A DNA stretch of 52,857 nucleotides, from positions 1 through 52,857 of IMG/VR virus record IMGVR_UViG_3300045970_000732; one strand, given 5' to 3'. Both the position numbers and the translations under genes were made by a program. Positions 30,001 to 42,000 of the stretch are shown piece by piece; positions within the stretch are counted from its first letter, which is position 1, and every line of letters starts with the position of its first letter. The notes beneath the pieces were generated by a model. It was not told where the DNA came from, ran no database searches, and saw only the letters and a program-made list of their open reading frames with translations. Source of the stretch: a virus. Lineage: Duplodnaviria; Caudoviricetes.

Positions 30001-33000
30001 GTTCTACACTCTCACAAGACACCATTGACTATGACATATATGAGAACTGGGCCATAAAGACATCATCGTTTGGTGGCGTAATGAACAGCAACTTCATTGA
30101 TGTTCGGTTGAATGAGTCGCTGATGACTGGAAAACCGTCGATCATCGGGCTTACAAACGGTAGCGTAATAGCAGGAACTGAACAAGCAGTGCCAATCCAA
30201 TCACTGTATAACTACGGTAGAGTGGTCACTGATGTGAATGTGCTGCCAACACTACAGGGCTTGTCACATACCGCTATTCTGCCAGACGCTGGATATGTCA
30301 ACTTTGATGATGTGAAAATGTCATCATATTACTATTCGGGAATGTCCGTAGCCAAAGACGCCGCAGGAACCGTTATCCCGTTGTCGCAACTTTATGTTCG
30401 TGATTATGTCTGGTTGGCAAATCATCTTGGCACATGGCAGGTCTACACTCCGGTATCGCTTGGTCAAATTACTACTGCGAAAAATAATCTGAACGGCACA
30501 GCGACAATCACTTTTGCTAAGGCACATTCGCTGGCAAAATATCAACCATTCGCCATTGTCGGCCTCTCCAATGTCGTTGACGGTTATCACACCGTGGCAA
30601 CGATCATCGACGGTTATCGTCTGACTATCAATCTGAATCTGCCATCAACGATCACTTCAGTCACTGGTGTGGCGGTTGGTTTTGCGTTCCAAAAACAGCG
30701 CGTTGATACGCCGGCAAACATCGGTGATCTTCCGTTGGCAGAAGCCGAGTTCATCAAGAATAAGGTGTGGGTTGATGAAGGAATTGACGGTAACTGGGCA
30801 GTCTATCGTAAGAGCATCAATTATCTGCACGAATCATCAATGACGATTGATGCCACCGGTCAATCATATGGCAGTGCTGTCGCATATACTACCAGAGGCG
30901 GCTACCTAATTGGCAATTCCGTCGCAAAAACGATCCAGCGCTACACATTCAATCCACTTGATAACACTTATGGACTGACTGAAACTATCACTGGTACCGA
31001 CGGCTTTGGTAAAATCATTGCTCACGCTGATAACAGGTTTGTTGTCGCATCTGATGCCACTGTGACGGTATACGAGCTTGAAGTCTCGCAACTGGTCAAC
31101 AGTCTAACACCAATACAAACGATTGCGTCCGCTGGTGTCACCAGCATTGCCCTGTCGGGTGATACGAATTGGTTATACTTGGCTAACGCCACCGGCATCA
31201 CGCTGTATCACTTCAATGGGACCACATACATATCGTCAACAGTGTTGTCAACACTCGCTGGTCAGGCATACGGAAAGTCAATCACCACTAACTACTATGG
31301 TGACATGCTCGTTGTTGGCGCGCCATATAAGGCAAACGGATCATTCGCACAGTGCGGTGCTGTATATGTCTACAGCAGATTTGAACAACGCCACGAGGTA
31401 CTCTACGGATACACTTCGTATGATGTCCTTCTGGCTGCTACACAAGGCACCGATGCCACTCTCGTTGATGTCTATGTCAACGGCACAGAAATATCTACCT
31501 ATACTCTGGCAGCAGGTAAGGTTACTATTACATCGTCGGTGACTGCCGGCGATATTGTTCGTGTAAGCGGCAACTCTCTTGTACTGGTTCAGGAATTTGC
31601 TTCCCTTGAGGCTGCTCACACCGGAGTACAATTCGGTAATTGTGTCACCGCAAATCAATCCGGAAACGAAATTCTCGTTGGTGCTCCGTTTGAACTTGTG
31701 ACACAAACAAGTGAAGGTGCCGTATACAGATTTACGGATGGTGGTGCTGACTACGGAACAATCATCGGCACCACAGCAGCAAATGTACTGACTCAGGGTA
31801 CTCTATTGATCAATGGTTATGCCGTTACGATCCCAGTTGGTAACGCCACGGCGGCAGCGACAGCAATCAACTTTGCCAAGATCACTAATGTTCAGGCAGT
31901 AGCCGACTCCGGTATACTCACAATAGGACTGATCAATCTGGCTCTGGCGCAAGCAACAGACAAGCTCACGCTAACAGCCACAACCACTGCGCTCATTCAA
32001 GAACTGGGAATACAGGTTTATACACCGACACAGACCATTACCAATATCCATTCATCTGGTGCCACTCAGTTCGGCTCGCTGGTCAAGTTCAACGATGCTG
32101 ATTCTATAGTCATATCGGCTCCATCGTCTACCAGATTCTCAGGCACAATGTTTGACTTCACAGACGATGAACACGACAACGACACCGTGTTTGATAACAA
32201 CACCACTCGTTTTGTGGATGAATTCAAGAACGCCGGCAGTATGTATATGTATGATTACCTAGGTGTTTACAACGAGACCCTTTCTAAGCCAGGGAAATTC
32301 GTGTACGCTCAGAGTGTCAATGATATTGGCGCTTCCTACGGTCTACAACCAATGTATGGCTACTCCGTTGACTTTCATGATAACCGTGTTGTCGTGGGTA
32401 CTCCGGGACAGCTAAATGGCACAGTGACAACCTATGTGAACGCCACTGGGGTTCGTGACTGGTCTATATTCCGCGCACCAAGTGCCATTGTAGATATCAA
32501 CCGCATTCAGGACATTCAGTTATACAGCGCAGAAACAAATACCACACTGGATCATCTGGACTTCATTGATCCATTACAAGGCAAGATCCTTGGCGCTGCC
32601 CGTGAAAATATTGATGTTGTGTCTAACATAGACCCAGCAGGATACACAACCGGAGTCAAGGGAAACATGGTGTGGGGGAATATGAATGTCGGTCAAACAT
32701 GGTTTGACACCTCAACGACACTCTTTGTCAACTACCACCAAGACGACCTCGTTTACAACAGCAAACACTGGGGAACCGTGTTCCCAGGTAGCGATGTCGC
32801 CGTATACACATGGGTCTCAAGTTCAACACCCCCGGCATCTTACCAAGGCCCAGGCACTCCGTATGATGTCACCAAGTATTCTATTGACTATGTAGTATCA
32901 GCAACAGGAACGCTTGTGCCATTCTATTGCTTCTGGGCACGAAATACCAATGTTGTATATACAAAAGCAGGCAAAACATTGTCTGATTCAAACGTCCAAT

Positions 33001-36000
33001 CGTACATCGCATCCCCGCTAAACTCGGGCGTGTCTTACTTTGCCCCATTGCTACCGAGCGCATTCGCCCTTTATAACTCGGCTGAAAATATCAACCATAC
33101 TGATTCTATCCTTCACGTTGGTTATGCCAACGGTGTGTCTGATGATGTGTCACATTCCCTACACGATCTGATTCGCACCGGGAACAAAGAAGACTTCCTT
33201 CCAGGTCTGCCATCTGAGTCAACAAATCATGTCCCTGAATCATTGTATGATCGGTTACTTGATAGTCTCTGTGGTGTAGATACATTCGGGGCAGTCGTTC
33301 CTAACCCGTATCTGCCTAAGCCTGTACAATATGGCATATTGGCACGACCTAACCAGAGTATGTTCATTGACCGCTTCGGCGCCCTCAAGAACTATCTGAT
33401 GTATGCCAACGCAGTGATGCTACAATATCCAATAGCAGAAACGAAACAACCGTCGATGCTTATGGCATCCGGACCATTCTACGACACAACCAAATACTGG
33501 AGTTATGTGGATTGGTGGGCAACTGGTTATAGCAGCGCAACAAAAGCAATCGTTCAAGTGGCGCAATACGCCGACCTCAGTCCGCTTGCTGCGTACCCGG
33601 GGCTAGTAGCTCAGGTGGCATCAAATGGTGATGGTAAATGGGAAACATACATTTACGATACGGCATGGACTCGAATCGGCCTCCAATCAGGCACGATTGA
33701 GTTTAGCAGCCTGTTGTGGGATTATGCCGCAGGCGGGTTTGGCTTCTCAAATAACTTCTTTGATACCACCCCATTCTCGGAATTCCCATCTGAAGAAACA
33801 CGGCAGATTGTTCGCTCACTCACTGAAGAAATCTACATTGAGGAACTTGCGATACATCGTAACAAGAGCTTGATTCTGTTGTTTGAATACATACAGAACG
33901 AAACTACCGGAGCCAACAACTATCTTCCATGGCTGAACAAGACATCGTTTGTTGATGTCAGTCACACCATCCGTGAATTGAAACCAAGCAAGGTGTTCCA
34001 GTCAGACAACAATGAGTTCCTTGAAGGTTATCTCAATGAAGTGAAACCATACCATGTGGTTATCAAAGAGTTCCTGTTCAAGTACACGAACCTGGATACC
34101 TTCACTGGTGTCATGACCGACTTTGATTTGCCGGCGACATTTGATGCCACTATAGAAAAATTCGTGTCTCCTGCTCTGGTGAACACACTCACCGGAGAGA
34201 CAAACGAATACCTTGCGACCGATCCAATCTGGACCACCACTCCATACTCTTCCTGGTATGCTGAACACGGGCTGAGCCTCACTGGTCTCCCAGACCAATC
34301 ACTGACTACCCTGTCATCCTATATCGCCCTGAACAGCGCAGCATTCTCCGTGGATAACGCCTATGGCTTCCCGACATCAGGCATCATCAAGGTAGATGAC
34401 GAGCATATCGGTTATTCAGTGGTTGATCGCAACGCCAGCACCCTCTCCGGTCTGTCCCGCGGAGCCAATGGCACCACAGTCACCACTCACGTCCCAGGCA
34501 CCGCAGTGATCATGGACCTTCCACCAGTCATCCTGCTTGACGGCGGCCGCGAATACGTTGAGCCACCGAAGATCATCGCCTATCTGGATCCGTCAACCCA
34601 CGCAGCACCATTGCGCCCTGCAGTGCTACAGGCTGTGATGAACCTAGACCAGATCCTACGCATCGACGTAATAGACCCGGGCCTTGGCTATGATGCCCTA
34701 CCTGAGATTTTGATCGACCCGGCAAAGACGGCAGTCATCCCAAGCTCCAGTACAAACACCAACATCGTGTCAAGCAACATCACCATGACAGTGCCATGGT
34801 TCGTGACCGGCGACATGGTCCGCTACGAAACAGGTGCCGGCACAACAGCCATTGGCGGCCTCGTCTCCGGTCAATACTACTACGTAGGCGTTCTTGAAAC
34901 GACACCTAAGCTTGTCTTGGCGCTATACAGCCGATACGCTGATGCCGTGAATAACCTCCGTCGTGTGTCACTGACGACTCTTGGCACCGGTCCAGAACAC
35001 CTATTCCATCTAACGGCCCGTGCCATTGCTGTCGCCACAGCAGAACCGATTCGTGAAAATCGCATGACGTTGCGTTTTGACAGAAGCACCTACAAATCTC
35101 ACATCCAGGATTGGACCTCTGGCGGGCTGTACGGTTCATTCTTCGCAGGAACAATGAACAACTCGGTGACCATCTCAAGTTCGTCGATATCCATGGAGAG
35201 CAGCCAGCCCTCGATTGACAACGTCCTGTCAAGCGGAGCAGGTGTCACGTTTGAAATCGTCAGTTCAACCTCGACAAACGACCTCACATGGTCGTCACGC
35301 ACAAGAATATTGACTGCCACGACATCAGCAGGCATCGTCACCATTGCGAACGCCCCCGGCGGCCCAGCAGGCTCCCCTGATGTGCTTCGTCCATGGGGAC
35401 CAGGTGATGTCGGCCCAATGGTTGGCTTCTACGTTGGAATGCCGATCAAGTTCAATGGTGGCATATTCGGCGGCATCGTCCCAGAAACGATCTACTATGT
35501 CGGCACCATGCTGACAGCTACAACATTCACCCTATGGACAACGCCAACGGGTGGAATACCGACCCTGACAGACACTGCCACTGGTGTTGCACCATGTTCG
35601 TTGTTCGTCGGCGAACTGACCAACACAGCGGTTGTCACCATTGACTACCCGGGTATCCTGCAAGTCACTGCGACCACATCAACCACTAACGCGATCACCG
35701 TGCCGATGACACTCAGCGGACAAGGCGGCACAAAATATTTCTATGTCGGCCTGCCGGTCTATTTCACCGGACCAACATTCGGTGGTATCGTGGAGAACGA
35801 GCAATACCATGTTACTACCATCATTGACCGAGAGCACTTCACCCTATCAAAAACGGATGGCCCATTGACACTGCCTATCATCAGCACCACAGATGCCGGC
35901 GACTTGATCAACCTCGCGGACCTTCACACGACCTACGGCCTGTTCGTAGACGACCGCGTGATATTCACAGACATGCGAGTGAACGCCCCTGACATGATCA

Positions 36001-39000
36001 CCGGCGTTCAGTATACAATCAGAACCCTTGGCAACACTGACTATACCCTCTACGGGGCAGAAATCAACGAAGTCGGACTGACATTCACCGCTACTTCCGC
36101 ACCAGCAACCGTAACCGCAGGAAGCTTTGTTATAGGAACGCAGTACCGAATCAAAGCTATAGGGAACACCGACTTTACTCTCATTGGCGCATCCGCCAAT
36201 GAAATCGGGCTTGTATTTGCTGCCACCGGAGTGGGTACTGGCACCGGTACTGCGTATGGTACTGGAACGGTCAATACGAAGAACCTAGGCGGTCTCATTG
36301 CAGGTACAACATACTACATCAGTAAGCTTGAGACCGGCGGAACATCGTTGACTGTATCAACAGCCCCGGGCATCACTCCGCTAGCTCTGACTACAGCAGT
36401 TGGTACTGCCAACATGACAAGTCAGCAAAAGACTGAGCCATTGACAACTTCAGTTGGATCAATGACACTAAACGTTGGTCTCCCTGTACACCCAGGACAG
36501 ATCGACGGTCAACAGTTTACGTTCTACTCAACTTCTGGGCAGTTCGCACAACCAGTATGGACGCTCACAAAGCAAATCTCCCTGAACATCACAGGGGCCG
36601 TAGCAAACAGTGTTCCAGGTGGCAACTATCTCTCCATAAGCAACCCTCCATATGAGTTTGCTGAGATGTATGTGAAGATGCCAGCCAAGACACCGATATC
36701 AATGCCAGCAACTTACTCCGGAGTTCTAGCTGCTAATACCACATACTACGTGAATGAAATCGGTAGCACCCACGCATTTATACTGAGTACTAACTCGTCT
36801 GACGTTCATACGAATTCGGCTATATCTAGCATTGTCTCTGGCTCGGACAGGTTAGTAACAGTTACATGCGCAACTCATACTTTTGTAAGTGGAGACTTTG
36901 TAACCATATCCGGTGTCACAGGAGAAACCCGATATAATGGGTCATTTACGATTATAGTATTAGACGCAAACACATTTACCTACACTGTAGTTGGTATGGG
37001 GGCACCAGCGGCTGTAATCAATAAGGGAAGTGCCGCTAGACACTGGATAGTTCTCGATGACGCAACCGGGTTCTATCCAAATATGAGTGTGACCCTCACG
37101 GGCGCCATCATTAGCCCTAGCTACTTCAATGGCACGACATGGGTTCAGAGTATCGCGGTCAATACGGTATATTACATAAAGACTGTTGATCACACCAATA
37201 ACCGAATCACTCTAGGTGTGCTCCCGGACGCTGGAATAGCAATCCCAGTGGCCGACGCTGTTTCCCCGAATGCCACATCGCTTCAAATCTCCGGTACGCC
37301 ATGGATCAGAATATCCGACACCGTTGGTGGGGCCGTGAAGGTGTTGTCTGCTTCTACCGCAGCGTACAACGACATCACCCTGCTCCAGACACCAGACACC
37401 CCGGCGCCAATCTTTGATGTGAGTTACAAGCTAGGCGGATACCGCGCTGTCATCCGTGAAGCTGGCAATGGCTGGGCCATTGGCAATCAAGTGACGATCC
37501 TCGGCTCTGCCCTCGGCGGAACATCCCCGGCGAACGACATGGTCATCACGATCAACGAAGTAAGCGCCCTTGGTGAGATCCTGTCATTGATCATCACAGG
37601 CGACCCCGCAGACATCACTGCGAAATACTACCTCAAGGTCATCTCTATGACCGAGTGTGAGGTGTATTCTGATCCACTGCTATCAATCCCAGTCAACAAG
37701 ACTGCGTTTGAGGTGTTTCATGGCATCAAATCAACGACGATCACTGCCACAACAGTAACCACAAATGTGCTGACGGCAGTAAGTGTGGCAGACTTCAGCA
37801 TCAATGATTCGGTTGTGTTCACGGGCACAACATTCGGTGGTATTGAATCTGGACGCACCTACTACATCAAGGCAACATCACCGTTGACCCTATCAAATAT
37901 CGTCGGTGGAACTACAGTGACGCTCTCGTCCGCCACAGGAACCATGACGATGGCTAAGGCAGGTGACTTCGTGTTGTTGCCAGAACCGTTCTACTTCCAA
38001 CAGTCTCTGGTGAAATACAATCACAAGGTGTATCAATGTATCATAAGCAACAACGATGCCGAGTTCATCTTCGGTAAGTGGGAGCTACTTGATTCTGGCA
38101 ACCGCCGCCTGAATGCGCTGGACCGTATCAATGGCTATTACGAGCCAACTGTCAATATGCCTGGCAATGACATCACTCAACTACTGGATGGTGTCGAGTA
38201 TCCGAACAGCATCTACAAAGGCAATGCGTTCAAGCCAGAAGATCAGTTTGATCTTGATGTGTTGCTCAGCGACAAGCCATTCTACCCGACAGAAGTGACT
38301 ACCACATCTGTTCTGTGGAACGGAACGACCTACATCGCCACAGCCAACACACCTACATATTCTGCCATTATCAACAGCACTGATGCTGTTCTGTGGAATC
38401 AAGATATCAAATCCGGTCAGCCACTTGGAATGACAGACATTGTATTCTCTGGTGATCTGTATGTCGCAACAACTACAAACTTGGCTATGCCAATACTTAC
38501 GAGTGTTGATGGTCTGAATTGGAGTGCAACCGGTGTCTACACACCGTGGGGCGCCACACAACCATTCACCCCTGTCAGCCTAAGCGCATCAGGAGCAAGA
38601 ATGTATAGTGTCACCTGGCACGACGGACTGTTCGTTGCAGTCGGTGATGTGATCATGACCAGTACCGACGGAATACATTGGAACGAGACATACAAGTTCT
38701 GGGACAACGGACTTGAAAACGTGTTGCTATCAGTACAACACACGACGATTACCACTACTGTAACCATTGATCAGTTCATTGCTGTGGGTTACGGTGCTGG
38801 AACTGGCGCCATCATTGGACAACGCATTGGTATCATGCTCACAAGCTTAGATGGTCAAACATGGCTTCCATCTCCAATGGCATCAACAACCGGATTAGCT
38901 GGTATAGCAGCAAGCGGCACGACTAACGTGGTAGTTGGAAACGACAATGCCATATATTGGTACGAACCGGGTAGCAACTGGACATTAGTAGCTGGACTGA

Positions 39001-42000
39001 CAGGAGACTTCACCGACGTTATATACACTGGTAGTCTGTTTGTGGCTATCGGAGACTCCGGGGTCATTTATACATCATCCAACGGTAAAGCATGGACTGT
39101 AAGAACGTCAGTTGTAACTACTAAACTGAATGGTATCGCGTACAACTCTGTATCATCGGAATACGTGATCGTTGGTGAGGGGAATACAATACTCAAGTCT
39201 GCTGATGCTATCACATGGACCAACTCATCGTTGTTCGCGCTTGATGAGTCAACGTATACTGTCCAAGGTGACCCATTCACAACTGGCTTCGGTCCAGAAG
39301 AGTTGGTACCGGGCGTTATTCAAGATCAACTGGCACTATGGGTTACTACACGACCAGGAACAAACTGGCCGGTCACCCTACACGGACACACCGGATACAA
39401 CGTGGTGTCCATCGAGAGCGTGTCACCGATGGCCAACACACTCGTTCATAGTTTTGACGGTGTCACCTCAACACCGGCGAGCGTGGCGGTGTCTGTGTTT
39501 GACTCCACTGGTCTCACAACAACACTACACACAACAGCCGACTACACCGTTGATTGGTTGATGAAGACCATTACAGTCGTTCCAGCTTATGCCGGAGCCA
39601 CACTGCGGATTGACGTGTATGAGGTTGGCAACGGTGATCAGCTGGTGAAATCAAACTCACATTGCGACCCAATCCATTTCAACCCGACAACAGGGTTTCA
39701 TCAGATCACATTGAACTGTCAATTCTCCGAGACGATATTCAACGGATCCGGTATCATACAACCGGGTACTGCAACCGTCAATATTGATGTACTGTCAACC
39801 TCGTCAGTAGACAACACAATACAAATGGCCACTACTGGCTTCGACTCGCTCCAACTGAATATGCCAATCACGTTCGTTCGTGGAACAAGCGCATCCACAG
39901 CAATCGGTGGTCTGACTCTGAATACACGCTACTTCATCAAGCACATAAGCGCAAGCACCTACAAAATCACTGTGTCGGCCTCACAAACAGCCCGCGGCGC
40001 CGCAGGCCCTGTAGTTACCCTGACAAATGGTACTGTGACATTACCGAACCAAGTGCTATTGAACCTTGCAGGCGGTGTCAACTGGACCTGGTCCCCGCCA
40101 ATGGTACTTCACAATGGCACCCCAATGACTCCGGGTTATAAATGTACTGTTATGAGCACCTCGGCGTCTTACACTCGTCCAACCACCGAAGTAGAAACTA
40201 ACATTGTCATGTGTGACACCACAACCGGATTCAATCCAGGTGACAGAATACACTTCGGTGAAGCAATCAGTAACATAACTGCTGGCCCGACATACTATGT
40301 CAGGGAAGTCATTGATCTGAATAGATTCACTATCTCCGCAAGCTACGGCGGTGCGGCAGTGGCACTAGCTGACGTAACTAAAAAGGTCGTTGCTGTCACA
40401 AACGACTTCGCCTTCGGTAGAGACACAAATCAAATATCTGCTGTGATGCTGCTCGCCGAACCACATGATGCTAACGTAGACTACATCTCGTATTCTATCT
40501 TCGGTGAGACACAGACGTATGCGTCAAACAGGATCACACGAACGTCAACATTTACGGCAACTGGTGGAAGTCAAACATTCCAACTATTGAATACAGTTCC
40601 TAACCCACTCGTTACTGTGAATGGGACAACGTTACTATCCTCACAGTACGTTGTAAACCACGCTGCAAGAACAGTGACGTTGACTGCATCGGCAGGGCAG
40701 ACTGTAGTAGTTCTATCCCAACCAGAAGATCGTATTCAGTATAACTATTCAATGCCAGTAACACAAACCTTCACAGGCACCGGCGCTGTGAAAACGTTTG
40801 TTGTTGATGGATGGCTTGGTTCTGATCTGATGACCAACACCATCGGTGTTGACAATCCGGCGAATGCCATTGTTGAAATCAATGGGCTGCGCCAGATGCC
40901 AAGTGTATATCGCTTTGACTTGACGACCAATAGCATTGTGTTCACTTCGGCACCAGCGCTGAATGCCACGATCACAGTCACGACCTTCAATGAAACTGAC
41001 CGTCAATACCTGCATACAGCTTACCTCACTGGCGCTACAGGACGCACAGTAGCACCTATCTCTAACCTGGGCGGAACATTGCCAATCGTTGCTACCTCCG
41101 GTATAACATCAATCACCAGCAGCGTTATAACGGTTGCCTCCACAACAGGATTTGTCTCCGGTCAATACGCCATATTCAGCGCCGGCTACGGCGGGATTGT
41201 CTCTGGTGTCGTGTATCAAATCAATACCGTTGGTACAGGTACTTTCACCATCAACAACATCATGAGTGGTACGCCAATCACCTTGTCTAACTCTACAAAT
41301 ACTGGTTGGACAGTATCAGTGTACACCAAAGTCACTACTCGCGTGGTCACTTCGGCAGCTCATACGCTGGTATCTTGGGACAAGGTAAGAATAGATGGTG
41401 TTGCTGGAGCCACTGAACTGAACAACTCTGTGTACTTCGCCCGACTAATATCAAGTACCCAACTTGACTTGTTCGCAGGAGTGTACGATCAATATGGCAT
41501 TCTTGCTGGTTTCGCACCAGTACAAGCATCGGCATACGGTGGTGGTGGATTTATCTGGAAAGACAAGCTGCACACCCTGACTACCACGACGGCTACGGTC
41601 ACCGAACTGAATGGTAACAAGATCACCGCAGGAGATACGCTTGAGTTAGCTACGAACACTCCAGTGATATTCACCAACATGACTAAAAAGTCAGGATATC
41701 TAACGGTTGGAAAGCAATACACAATCAAGACGCTAGGTGATACCAACTTCATGTTGCTTGGTGCGAAAACTAACGCCGCCGGTGTTGTATTTACGGCAAC
41801 TGGTACTGGTATCATCACTGCAGGTTCGTTTGTTGCTACGCAGTCATACACCATCGTATCGCTTGGTACCACAAACTTCACGTCAATTGGCGCAACCGGC
41901 AATGACGTTGGTCGTGTGTTCACAGCATCAGGAGCAGGTACTGGAACTGGAACAGCATACGAAACAAATGCTGGCACAGTTGAAGCTCAAGACTTCGGCG

